Part shown: positions 35,298 through 49,500 of the stretch, in pieces
Layout of the letters: each line of letters opens with the position of its first letter
Numbering within the stretch: the first letter of the stretch is position 1
Source of the DNA: Pocillopora damicornis
Taxonomy: Eukaryota
Assembly (NCBI RefSeq): GCF_003704095.1
Contig: NW_020843614.1
Span: 372,001 to 436,000 of the forward strand
DNA length: 64,000 nt
Direction: 5' to 3'
Notes under the pieces: model-generated
Seen by the model: only the letters and a program-made list of their open reading frames with translations
Told to the model about the DNA's origin: nothing
Database searches by the model: none
Program-made: the position numbers and the translations under genes

Positions 35298-37568
35298 CGT
35301 GGCTCAGTTCAACGAAAGTCTTTTTTTTCTGTAGAGAGAAATATATGATTAGTTCTGGGTAAAGGATTGGAAAATCTGTGCAGCGCTCATGTCTAAAGGG
35401 GAAAATTAGACTGAGTTTTTTTTCGGATCAACTGAAAACGATTTCATCGAAAAACTTCTGTTGTGTCTGTCAAATTGAAGCGAACGATTTACGACATTTG
35501 ACACTTAATATGTCCACGCTCTTCCGCTGGCGAAACAAAAAGTTTGATGGTAAACCTTACCTTCTCGATCAGTGATTGCAGTTGAAAGATAATTTTGATT
35601 TCTTTCCTGCCGTGTCAAAGATGAAACAATTTGAGAAATAATCCCAATCAGCCGGTAAGCCTCCAATATATTTTTCAATTACTAAAAAGTTAATGTACAG
35701 GACAGGTGTTAAAACAAAAGGCTGTCTTAATTCATCAAACGCAAAGTAAATCTTTTTAAATAAGGAATGAGTAATGAAATAAAGATATGGCAAGCAAATT
35801 TTGTGGACATTTTAAAATTAGCGATGAAGCTACGTCAGTTTTGGATCGAATTTTCAAGTTTTTTTTTTTTATTCATTACATCATCATATTACATTTCTCA
35901 AATTATTCACAAATATTGTTCTGTTTAATTTTTGAAAAGTAAAAATTGGAAAAAGAAACTTAGCGCTTGCATCTGTTAAAGGAGAGAGGTGTGAAATAAA
36001 TGTTTGGGCGGTCGTGTACCATCCTGTGACTCCCTTACCCTACGAGCGAGTCTTTGATCACACTCATTAAAAACCAACCTGACATATTACAGAACGCGAG
36101 TTGCCAATTAACACTTTCACGACTAGAAACGTTGCGTGTGATTTAAGACTAATATACTATGTAAGTATCATGAGTGTATTACCATAGAAGATCATTCGCA
36201 AGTGCATTTCATCGTTCACTTACTTCACCTATATTTTAAACGCGTTTGAATAAAAGCGAACGGTTTGATCCATCAATGCATTTAAAAAATGAAGTTACAA
36301 GTTTTCTATAAACCATTGTCTCTATACAGCATGGCATTGGTGCACTAGTAACAAGGCTAAGCTAAATCAAGCAGAGGCTCTTTTTATCAATTCTTACCCC
36401 TTTAGGACTGGTACAAATGCGTATCTTGGCATCATTGCCGGTTACGGTGTTATCTAGGGACTAATTAAACTATTAATGAACAGAACATGTTAGGACCCCG
36501 TGGCGGGTCTTTCGTTTGAGAACCGTCGCTTCCAATGCATGGTTCAAACCACCCCATCGGCTTCACAGCTTTGACACCTATCGTAGCTAACAGAGCATTT
36601 GATTTGATTTTGCTCGAGTAACTGTTTCCCCCGCAAACTTCGGAAATTAATCAACCGAACCAAGTTATTATTAATCAACCTCTTTCAAGTGACAGCACTT
36701 CATAAAACCATAAAAAAAATTAACTATATCAATATCGTTTTCTCTACAGGAAGTCATTCAAAAATGCGCACTTAAAGAAACTTGACAGGGCTTGAGTTTT
36801 TCACTTCCAGACCGGTAAAGAGATTATAAAACACAAAAAACTAAGAGTGTCTTTGAAAAACACAGAGCTGTCCCTGGGCGTTGAAAAGCGACTAGAGACA
36901 TTACGATTCTCTGAGAATATGAGTGCGACCTTCTATTAATGAAACAATGGGCAAATCGGAAATGTGATGTAAAAAAACGCAATAGCCATCGTCATTTCAG
37001 TGCGAGATTCTGCAAGAATGGGGTAAGGTGGAGGAACAAACAAGTTACCTTCACAGTAGCCACAGTTTTATCACTTTTCAATCAGAAAGGTACCTATCTG
37101 GTTATTGTTACCAAATACAATCGTGCTCCATTTTTACAGTCATTAACAGGACCATGAAGCTTTCCAGAGTATACATCTTTTCTAAGTAATTCCTTTGAGG
37201 ATTACCGACTACAACTTCTCTCTGAAGTCATACACTCTTCAAAGAAATTGTTTAAGTCTCCATTGTTTGAACACACTTATGCTCAAAGAGTCGCTTTTAG
37301 GAGAAAGTGATTCCGCGGGAATACAGCGCGGTATTTTTTCTTGTAAGTCAAAGTCAATAAAAGCGTCCTACACTATGGAATACTCGAGGGATTTTACATA
37401 AATCCCTGTTGTATCTACAGATCCCCTCTATGCGGACGAGATAGAATTTTTTTTTTAATAATCTGTTAATGAGGCTGTAATCAACTCTCTAAAATAACGC
37501 CGTAATTTCTTATCAGTAATTACACTTTTAGTCATGGAATGAAACCGTTGCATAGGACGAAGGAACAT

Positions 37569-40500
37569 TTAAATTTTCGTTTGTAGGTTCATTTTCTGTG
37601 CAATGGCCGCATATTCCTTGTGTCCCGAGGAACCTTTCTGTTTGACGTACTCAAGTGTGCGCATCTGTTGAAGTAACAAAAACAAAGAAATTAACAAGGC
37701 CATGAAGATTTCCACACATTGCCGATGGTCATTTGGGGGTTTGCGAAGATTACTAGGGATTACCGAAGTTTTTAAACGGAAAAGTAATTGTACTTGCGTC
37801 CATCGACCTAAATGACAGACTAGGAAATGAATTTTTCTTGGACGTAACATGTTATTCATCAAGTTAAATCTACGCGTGGATGCAGCGATCATCTAATTTT
37901 TGCTCTAACACTTTTATGGCGCGTTGCACTAACGGCTGCGGTCAGCGGTCATAGTAAGCAACTATGTCCACTGGTCTATGAGCTCGAAGTCTCTTTTAGT
38001 TATCATGTGTAGTTAGAGTTCTGATAGTATTTGTACTTACTGTGTATTTTGTGTTCCCATAGCCATGTTTCTGAGCGAGATTCCACAAGTTAAGGGCCAG
38101 TGTAGCTAACTGAGGTTGTGAGAGATCAGCATGACACAACAGCCTTGAAAACAATACAAAAAAATTGTCCAGTGAAGTATTCTAATGAAAAAGATTTATA
38201 TCCTGTTGAACAACACTGACATCCAAAATAGCTCAAAATATTTCTAACCCAACAAGAAAGCATCGCATTTCTTTTGATAGTAAACATGGACAAATTCAAA
38301 GCGTTTTCCATCTCTACCTCAGAATAGACGAAAAACATACGGTATTTATAAAAGTTTTTTTTTCTGGTTTCAAAATTGTGCTTCTCCTGTCAATAGATGC
38401 ACCATGAAAGAGACCTTTAAGATCCACTGCGACGAAGTTAATTATCATTCAAAGACAAACATATAAACTAGGTTCACTTTTGCTGACCTGTTGAAGAACC
38501 CAATAGCTATAGCGGCCTGCTTTTTGAGCTCCTAACAATAAAGGACATAACAAGACTGTTATAGTATCTGTACAAACACTGTTCCTGCCTCAGCACAAAC
38601 AAGGTTTTTCTTAGTGTTGCACAGAATTTTACACCTGCATCACTAAATTAGCATGGGAAGAAAGAAAAGTTTTAGGACGTAAATAATTTTTTGATTTTAA
38701 CAGAATCAATAAAAAATTAAGACTAACTGTATGTAATAAAGAATCCCTTAAAGTCATGCGATGGTTATAAAATGCTCAGTTAGCGAGGCCTTTCAGCGTG
38801 GAAAATGTCAAGAAGACTTACCTCTTCGGAGGTCAAGGACTTTAAGTGTTCAAACACAGCCTCCATTAACGTAAAAACTAGTCGATTTATCTCTGCTAGA
38901 AATTTCTTATCACAACCGTACAATCTGTCATTCGAATCCACTGAAAACAAACAAACGAATCAATACATGAAAAAAGAAACAAACAAATTATCTTATAAAA
39001 TTAACCTAACTCGCTTTCTTTACGGTAAAGTGGAAAATTTTTTTCAACAAGCAACAACTCTTCCTTGTACTTTCAAATTCCTTGTTATCAAACCACGATA
39101 TTGTTTCATACTGAAAGAGAAAACGGGTGGAAATAGAGACGTTTAGATTAGGAACTTAATAACCTACCTTTATCAACATGATAAATGAAATATTCCTGCA
39201 AAGAGAGATGAAAATTTCAGCCATACTTCTTTTCTATGAATGAATGTTTGCAAGGAAAAAGGAGTAAAAGCCTTTTACGAACAAATCGCGCGAGACTCGC
39301 GTGTATGCTCGTGAAGACCACGTGAACTTGAACGATCATACAGATACAATAACACACAAACCCACCTGACTCATGGCGGAGAGAAGGCAAACGGCATTTA
39401 GGTAAATACTCATTTTGGCGCCGCTGTTTATTTCCCAAGTGTACTCTTGTACAACATTAAGCAGGCCTCGAACAAGATGCAGCGCGCCTTGATCTGGCGA
39501 GTCCTGAAAAAAAAAATTAGAAAAGTACCACATGAGTTGAGTGCACTCTGTAACAGAGCAATGATAAGGTGACAAAGGTAATACGGGACTGTATTGGTTT
39601 TGCCTCATTTCGAACTGTGATTGGTCTAGAAAAGTCAAGTCATCTATTCACCCAATCAGATGCAAGCCTAAAATAATAGCGACTTGGTGATTGGCGTTTC
39701 CCGCGCTTCTCTTAATTTTTCATTGGTTCCTAGTTACATCTACCGATTGTAATGACTACACTTTGGTGCACTCACTCACAGTTATCATTACCAACAAGAG
39801 CTGCAGTCATTATATCGTACAAACGTACCGGTACTACCAACAACGTGGAGAAAAAGCTGTTCATGTAGGCAAGAAGGTATGGCTCCGACGATTTCACCTT
39901 GTGGTCAATTTCTAGAAAAACAACGAAGAAAACACACAAACAAACATCACAGTTTTCGCTTGTTTGATCTCTTATTTCGGAATAATTCGACTTACATCCC
40001 TCTGACTTTTCTACGCTAAATATAAATATACAGGTGTTGTATTCGGGGGAAAGGATCTACAGGAACTATAAACTGAACGTTACCCCAATCAAACAAAACA
40101 CCTTAGAAAAATAATGTTATCTATAGTTTTCTTTGTTTGTTTGATTCATTGTTACTTTCTCATTCAGAACATTCCTACTACGAGCACGTACGAGGTAGAT
40201 AGTTTGTTGTTCTGAATCAGTGATCTTACCAATCGTTCGTGGCACTTCAGCAACAAGACTGATCGCCGCTCTAAAAAATGCATCCGCTGAAACGTGAAAT
40301 GCAAATGGCGTTACATCGTTTGGTTCTAAATGTTTCATTCCAATCAACAACAATTTTCCGTGACCAATGAAACGAATAAAACCATCGCTAAGAAGCATTG
40401 ACTTCAAGTTGAGTTTAACGGTTGCTGTCTAACCAGATGCGCATGCCTATCCCATAGAGATCTACTGACCTTGACTGAGGGCTTGATTTGCCATGGCAAC

Positions 40501-43500
40501 CTGTCCTGACAGGAGGTAGAGCTTGAGGCGAGAGAAAACGTCATCTATGGAGGGGATGGTAATGAAACAGTAGGCAACACAAGCCTGTAGGAGACAGGGC
40601 AGAACAATGTTTAGTCAAATTATTGTAAGCACTGAGAGATAAAATCAAGCAAATCCTCTCCTCTTACTCTGATGAAGGACGCAGTCTTTCGAGTGTGGTT
40701 CCCTTTGACTACTTCTCGTGTTTTCATGGCGAGAAGATTAACACTCTGTTAACAAAGGCAAAAGGTACAAGAGCACCGTTATGACTACAGTAAACGATTG
40801 GGTGTGTCTATGACGCACGTGTGTCCTGGCAGATCTGATTTCATGAATTTCTGTGACCCTAAAAATGTCTCAAATCGAATACAAAATTTAAACCGAATCT
40901 AAAACCAAGCAATTCGTTTTTTGTATTTTGAGCTCCATCGACACCGTGATATTTTCCTTTGCTATTAGCCGTTGTGGATATTTTAGTGTTTGCTTGTCGA
41001 CAATCATCGACGCGCGCTCAAAGTAAGATTTAATTACCTGCACAAGCATCACAAGAACAGCTTCTAGACTGGAGAAAGAGGAACGTGCATCCACAAAAGA
41101 ATCCAGTTGCCTCTCAAAATCACGGCCAAAGTCAATCTGAAACGGTAAGTAAACTTCTCAAGATCAAATGACTTTGAAATTGAAGATAAATCCTTATGAT
41201 ACTCTTCTCAAAGCAAAATTTCAGATATTTTTCTTATCAAAGACAAGACTCTTCGTGTTCTATCAGAACTTCAATATCGGCTTCCGGACACAATTGAAAA
41301 CAAATTGGTGCAAATCATTGAAACGAACTACAACCAAGATTCGTACCTTACGTAGGAATCCTGTGATCAGATGACCAATGACTCTCCTCTCGTCTATCAA
41401 GGTCAATGCACTGATGAAAATAAAGACAAGCATCTCATTAAAAAATGCTATTTTTTTCATCTTCTACAATAGAAGAATCATATTTTTTTTTACTAAGAAT
41501 AACTACTGTGATGACAAACCGTTGGGCACTTACTTTACAGAGTCGTGCATCGTTTTACAAACATACAGCAAAGAGTTCACAACCACCGGGTCATTCGTAG
41601 GTTCCTCTTGGTATCTGTCAAGGTGACCATAGTTTTTTTAATGCTCACATGTTAAATTAAAGTTATGCAAACAATTTGGATTACCTTGTTGAACAGGGGT
41701 AATTCTTTGGCGATTTTCAGTCGAGCGGTGATAGGCACGACGGAAACGCGAGAAGAACCGAGGCGAACGCAAAGGGCGAGTCACTCCAGAAAAAACAACA
41801 ACGATCAGAGGTTTAACGAATAGCAAAATTAGATTTGTTGCTGCAGAAACTCACATTAGCATGCCTTTAAAAAATGCCACTCACTTCACAAAAGCTTCCA
41901 CAATCAGTTTGCAAACATCCACTCTGATTGATTCTTTTTGAAACATGTCCAAGAAAGGAAGAAACTTTTCCTGGAGAAAAAAGATACACACATAGAAAAC
42001 CGATTTTAGTAATTCTACACGAAAGATATGTTTGTTTGGTTGGAAAGGAAACTAAATCAAATGTTCAGGAGTGAACTTACCATTGATACAAGAACAGAGA
42101 AGTCGTGCATGTGGTCTAGTACTTTGGAAATAATCGACTGAAGCTGTTGGAAACAGAGATAACTTTTATCATTATTATCATTATTATCATCATCATGATC
42201 ATCATTTATATTTATTTTGCCATCTTGAAACTATTAATACTATATTTTCAGTTTAGAGAAAATACCAGGAAGCCCAGAGAAACCATGGGACTCGTTGAGT
42301 ACGGGCTTCCTTAACTAGTAGTATATATAACTAACAATAAAGGAGCGACAGCGGAGAAATAGGTAAAATGATATGATGAAAATAGCTAACCAAACAAAAA
42401 CAGAGTAAAGCAAAACAATAAAAGGAAAAAAAATGAATCAAAGCAGAGTAGAACCTAATAAAAGAACGTATTTTGAAATTTTTATTAAGACTTGTTACAC
42501 TTGTTGAACCAGAGATTTTGAATGTCTATGCTGAATGTCTGAGGACCTTGATACTAAAGTGAAAAAAGCTTTAAGTTGATCTTGTACGGAGGAACTTGAA
42601 AATAACTTTTCGGTTAATCAAGTTTTTACAATGGCAAAGGGTTTGACAAAGCAAGGTTATTCCTATGTAATGAAACTTTCATGGAGATTTAATTCTTTTG
42701 CTAGTGCATGGGTTGTTTATCTTACCAAGGATCATATTTTGCAGCAATACCTGAGGGTAGTGTTGTTCAAATGCCCTTTCCGGGGTCAGGTGCTTGATAA
42801 CGTCTCCGATGAGGGTGTTGACTTCGCGTTTCTAAAGAGGGTTTTCAGTCATATACACATACTTTGATCATTGACAGTCCTTCAAAAATTATTGAATGCA
42901 CGATTCAAGGATTGAAAATTTGTCTCCTAGATTTATCTCATGGTCGACATTAAGAGATAGAGATTCGACTTTTGCGCCGAGATGTTCTAACGGAGCCGCA
43001 CGAGTTTTTAAGACGAGCAACCGTATTCTTTTTTTAATGCAATTAACTTAAGATTGGTGCTGGTTGGTTATCGTACAACTTTGATCGGTTTCCGACCCAG
43101 AGATACATAACTTTAAGTAAGACAGTAACACTTACCGTGAAGTTCTTACAAACGTACTCTATCCAGGCCTCCGCACAGCCTATGTAGTCCTGAGAAAATC
43201 GGTGAAACGAGAGAAAGTTTTTGTAAACAAAAGAGGAATATTGATTAGCTCTTACAAAGTTGAGTGACACAGCAGATTTTTTTTTTCGAATTTAACTACA
43301 CTTACCTTACATCTGTTATGAAACCCTTTTAAACAATAGAACTTTAAAATGCTCTTATTACACAAAGTCAATAAATTACAGACGCTAGAGAAGTTTAAAG
43401 TAAGGCTACTCACAGGGGGATGTTTCATTTTCATTACAACCTTCCAAACCTTCAAAAGATAAAATATCACCACTATTAGTAACAAAGAAGTGTTTAAACA

Positions 43501-46500
43501 TTGAGAGTTCTAAATAATTCGATTTCACACATCTTGTATTCGCTTTCTCTTGCTTTTTTACTTTATTCTATTTACTACATTTATCTTTAATCTTATGTCT
43601 TTCAGAATTGTCATGAAAAGTTTTAATTTCGGATGCTGAGTAACAAATTACGAATTTACAGAGTTAGCGGTAATTGATGGTTGAAGCATCTAACCTCGCT
43701 AAGAATTTGTAGTCTCTGTGCTTCAGGCGGATCACATTGGCTCAAGTTCATCCCAAGTGATTTGTACAGGTGATGCTGAAGATGACAAAATAGATGCATT
43801 GTTATAGCGTAATTCCACGTTCAGCAGGTCGCCATTAAGAGATTGGTAGTGTTTATAGGGACAAATATTCAAATGACGTTAAAAGTAAATGAATTCCGGG
43901 ACTGCATTCGTTTTGAGTTACTTTCGTGTTACAAAGCTCTCTAATTGGTCTAGAAAACTCCCGCCACTCTCGCAGCCAATCAGGGTGCAGAATTTAAGTA
44001 ACCTGCTCACTTTCCCGCGCGGAAGGTCGCCTTAATGTACGTGTGCATAAGTTGAGTTTTGACTGTCTCCTGACAATGAGATGAGATGTCTTATAATACT
44101 TTGATTCGTCGTTGTGTACACTTGGGTTTCAGTTAAACTACACTCAGTTGAAAAGAGCTCTTCCTCACGATCAAGCCACAGTTACCTTTGGGAATCCTGC
44201 CTCCTCACAATTTCTTATCAGTTCAGTGAACTGCAGAGCCCTAAGGTGACACAAACAGGAAAAAGTAAAAATACACTGAGGAAAATGTCTTAAGAAATGT
44301 TTGCAATCTTGTTTCTAGAAACCAAATCGATTCCGTGTTTATCATTTTCACAATAATAATTTATTGTTTTATACTCCACTTTAGACCAACCTCTCAGCAA
44401 TGTATTCTGGCTTAAACTCTGTGATGATTGAGTTCAGAAGTAATGCACTGCAAAAAAAAAACAAACAAACAAACAAACAAACAAAACAAACAAACCTCAG
44501 CAAAGTAATAATTCAAACTTGGTTCTCTCTCAATAAAATACACCACTTCACGCACCTGTTGCATTCCTTTTGGCAACGATTTAAGATATCTGTAAGTGTA
44601 GACTAAGGAAGAAAACAGATTTATTAGGGAAAAAAGGTACTGGTGACTTTATCACAAACTAAGTCCACCAAGCTAAACGTATGATACCCAAAGCACAAGG
44701 TCTATATATTTATCTCACCTCTGGGCTCTTCTCTGCAATACACTGTAGGATCCAGTCTAAAGCTGGCGGATACAACTGAAGGTACTGGTGCATTTCTGGA
44801 GAATTCACAATTAAAACGGATGGTTGATTTCTTTCAGAAGAGATAAAGTAGGAGCGATAACAGATGATGTGGGTTGGTGATGTCTTTGAGGTCAAATGGA
44901 TTAAGGTGGTAAACATATATCTCATAGGAACCTAATATATGGCTAACATGTAGCTTGGAAGCAAGCACTACGTTAACTGTACTTGGATTTTAAAAAAGCT
45001 ACTGAAAGAAACTAACACGTTTCCTAAGGAAGTGTTACTTACCAAGCCTCTGCTCTGCCAGAATATTCTGCACTGTATCACCTTGAAGCTGAAACAATGA
45101 AGGGAGAGATAAAGTCACTTTCATGTCATAATCATCACTTCCATGAGCCAATTTACAGAGATGACCATAAGACAAGTTTCCAAAGCTTTTACCAGTACTC
45201 TAATTCAGCAGTCACCTGTTTATAGCTGACTATGAAACTGAACAAGTTTTCAATCAAATGATCACACACATCAGGTGCCACAAGGATACCAACCTAAAAT
45301 AGTAGTGAAGAGAATGAAAAAATAATATTGTCTATAATAACAGATCTTTCCGCATCAGTGCAGGAATACATATGTATAGGAAATCGTATGAACTNNNNNN
45401 NNNNNNNNNNNNNNNNNNNNNNNNNNNNNNNNNNNNNNNNNNNNNNNNNNNNNNNNNNNNNNNNNNNNNNNNNNNNNNNNNNNNNNNNNNNNNNNNNNNN
45501 NNNNNNNNNNNNNNNNNNNNNNNNNNNNNNNNNNNNNNNNNNNNNNNNNNNNNNNNNNNNNNNNNNNNNNNNNNNNNNNNNNNNNNNNNNNNNNNNNNNN
45601 NNNNNNNNNNNNNNNNNNNNNNNNNNNNNNNNNNNNNNNNNNNNNNNNNNNNNNNNNNNNNNNNNNNNNNNNNNNNNNNNNNNNNNNNNNNNNNNNNNNN
45701 NNNNNNNNNNNNNNNNNNNNNNNNNNNNNNNNNNNNNNNNNNNNNNNNNNNNNNNNNNNNNNNNNNNNNNNNNNNNNNNNNNNNNNNNNNNNNNNNNNNN
45801 NNNNNNNNNNNNNNNNNNNNNNNNNNNNNNNNNNNTATAACTTTAAACTATGTTTACATGTTGTCTGACTGTGCCCCTAAAAAAATGCTATCTGGTGAGG
45901 GGTTTGGCTTAGTTTTTCCTGGACAAGTTTGGTGTGAAGTTCAAAACAAATAAAGAAACAGAAGCTGTTGATAAATATTCTAGAGAGACTGTATGAGAAA
46001 ACTTATCTTGCTCAAGGAGAGCAACACAGTGGTGACAGTAAAGACTTACCCACTAAGCCACTGAATGTTACTTTACATGTATCTATAAAATCTTTTTGGG
46101 GAGACCTAATGATTAAAATGATTTACTCTGGATATAGAGGTCCAATTTCATGTCCCAGCTGGGGTCACTATGTCATGTTCTTGGATGAGACATTCCCTTA
46201 TTGCCTGTCTCCACCCAGAGGTAAATGATATGGGTTCCTGTGAACATTCAGAGAAACCTAACATAATGAGAAGCAGTAAACTACAAGAGAAATGTATCCT
46301 GTCTAAGGGAAATAGAATTACTAGTGCAGTCTGGTCACTTAGTATAATGGAAACTGGAATAAGCTCTGGTTATGCAGCTACTCTTCAGTCACTTACCCTA
46401 CAGATGTAAGTTCTTGCATACACAGCAACCAGAGGGTCACCAATACCTCGTATCATCTTGGTGAGGCGAACAAGAGCTTGTGAAAACTCACTGGAATGTA

Positions 46501-49500
46501 AAATTAATTTGTAAATAATCAATGCGTAGGCAATTATGAGTAAAATATTTCAATTCCAAGATCAATATTTCTGGAAAAATGTTAAAGGTCAAATTTGTAA
46601 ACAGGATTCAAAATTCAAGCATTGGAAATTAATATACCTATCTATTTTTACTAAGATAAAATTTTGTTGACCTGAAACAGGAATACAACTAACTTTTAAG
46701 AGCAATTTTTAGAGTTGAATACCAATAAACATCTCTACCTTCAAGTGCTATGTACATAGAGAGTAAATAAAAAAAAACATCAAGAAACTCCATGCAATGT
46801 AACAGAACTTTTAACTCCTGATCACATGCATACTTACCCAGTTGTAAAGAAATTATAGCATTTCAATATAGCTGTCTCCACATAGCTTCAGTGTGTCAAG
46901 GAATATAAACTTTGTGCTGATGAGGCAAAAGTCAAAAGCTGTGAGATAATCCCCACAGTATTTAAAGCATTATTTTAACCTTGAGACTTATAATGAGGCA
47001 AAGGACAAGAATCAGTACTTAAAAAAAAGCAAACTATAATTCCTACTTCTGACATGATTCCTATCTCAAGTATCATGATAAAGGAAATTTCAAGGATACA
47101 ACCGAGGAATAAGTTCTCGCACTGAAGCAATCTTGTAAAACCAGTTCCTACAAGTTTCCTTGGCTGAGTCTGGCACCTGGTCAGGTGTGAAGTTTTCTGA
47201 AAAAAGAGAAATGAAAATTACAAATAAGAGTTGTTGACTGCAATTAACTAAATCTAGAGCTGTTCATGAAACTTTAAGCTGTGAGCCAAGTTTTGAATAA
47301 AAGCTGGGAAGTGGCTTAACTGAGGGAAAGGAACACTTTTTTCTAGAAGAGTTTGAAATTGAAGGTCCTTAGGAGATTACTGGGTTAAAGTATTTTCTGA
47401 GCAAATATTTTCAATATAGGGATACATGTTGTTTGCAAACAAAACATGTTTGTGTTATATCAATACTGAAAATAGTGATAGTGTGTCATGAGGACAAGTG
47501 GACTTAGAAGTTCAAAAGAATGTGAATAGTGGCAACAAAGACAACTCAGATATGATATACCATAAGTTGTGGACTGTGTAGAACTTCCCTTCTGAAACAA
47601 ATGTAAGCTCCACTTGGCTAGCTGTTTATTGTACCCAAAAACCATTAGTGAATGGTTATAGAGTCAAAGTGATCATTTGAAGTAACATGCACAGAGATCA
47701 TATTCATGACAGATTTTAAGTATCACTTAAATAGAAATGGTTTTATTGGTCTCAAAATCCTTACCTGGAAGCATGGTGGGTATATTACTGCCTGGTGTAA
47801 AAGTACTTGATTTTCGGAAAATTCTTTCATACACAAGCTTCCCTGTGAAAGAACATTCACATTTTTTAAGACAATCCAACCAGAGTTCATGCTTACTCCA
47901 GACAACCCAGACCTTGACTCCTTGGACATACCAGAGGAGCACATGTACATGTAATATGTCAGAAAAAGATTATAATTGCAAAACTGAATTCACTCCTTGA
48001 GAACTTTAATCTAACTTACCAAATGTGTCCAGTATGTCAGTCACAAGCACAAACTTGCTTGGGTAAAACTGAATTACAGACACATCAGCGAGAAGCTTTG
48101 CACACTAAAAGAAAAACATCAATTAGACATGAACTCAAGAGACCAGGAAAACAGAACACTCTGCTTTTCAGGCACCCATTGCAAAACTTTTCCCTGTGAT
48201 CATTACGCATGAATTTAAGAACTGTGTTTAATGACACAGCTCAAAATTTCCCTCATGAATTGTTCTCACTCTACCTCTACACAGGATCCTTTCAATACTT
48301 TGATCAATAATGGTAGCAACACATTAACCTTTTTTTCAAATATGTGTTCTTAAATATCTTGTGTCTTTCTTGGTGTTTAATATAGTTAAACTGAGTTGTA
48401 CAGACCTGAATGGCAATCTTGAGAGCCTTCACCCTCTGATCTGATTCCCAAGCAGTGATCAAGGCCTATTAAGAAAAATAATCCACAAAAAATGAGTATT
48501 GCAATGGAATGTTTTCGGAGAGCAGCCTAATCAATCATCCTTCAAGATTAAATAATGATACAAAATAGCAATACAACTTAAAGTAGATAAAGACATATTT
48601 GTCTTGTCATAAGCCTGGGACAAAGAAAAAATTCTGAGTCCCTATGAGGAATCAAACCTCAGATCTTTGAATTCTGCACTCCAATGCTCTACCACTGAGC
48701 CTCAGAGACTCTACAGCGAGTGAGGTCTACTACAAAATTCATATGACACATCTGCTAACTGCTAGGATCAGCTTTGTCAATAGCATCATGTTTGTAAATA
48801 GAGTAAGAGAAATGGTAAGTTTTGAGCTTGGTAAAGAAATAGAAAAAGATCTGTTTTGTCTTTTCACTAGTGTGGGACAAAGAAAAATTCAGAGTTCCTA
48901 TGAGGAATCAAACCTCACACCTGCAGTAATAGACCTCGTTCGGCATAAAGTCTCTGTGGTTCAGTAGTAGAACATCAGAGCCCAGAATCCAAAGATCTGA
49001 GGTTTGATTCCTCATGGGGACTCAAAATTTTTTATTTGTCCCATGCTTGTGACAAGAGGAAAAACATCTTGCTCCATTTCTTTACTGAGCTCAAAATATT
49101 TGAGCTCAGTAAAGAACTATTTTTCTATTTTTAACTTGAAGTGTTAAAAGATTGAGATTACTCATTGAGGTGAATTCATGAGTGATTAATTTAGCAGTCT
49201 TGTTTGTATCACAATGCTGTTTCCTTAATGTAGACCATGACATTTTCACAGTATACTGCAAATCCTCTGAGGGTGCCTGGTTGTTTGTCACATTGTGAAG
49301 CATTACTTTCCACAAAGATCAACTGATTTTCATCAACATTCCAACTGATCCTGCATTGAGATGACTTGGATGAGGGATGTTATGAAAGAGACCTAGGTCA
49401 GTAACAGTTCCTCAGTACCCTGAGTAGAAGGCATCAGCCAAGCCAAGATATGGCATTGTGTTCTCTGATAATGACTTAAGTTTAGTGTGTCTGGACATAA

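Noticed and set aside
45278-45289. Second GTATCCTT U12-like donor on the minus strand
   Set aside because: Lies inside a VPS35L coding exon (VGILVAP); not needed as a splice site.
45328-45953. Long ORFs containing X runs (also near 52850, 54855, 58159)
   Set aside because: Artefacts of translating through N gaps.
46910-46970. Hammerhead-like ctgatgaggcaaaagtcaaaagctgtg..cacagta antisense within the U12 intron
   Set aside because: The essential GAAA is absent and stem I pairs poorly; probably chance.
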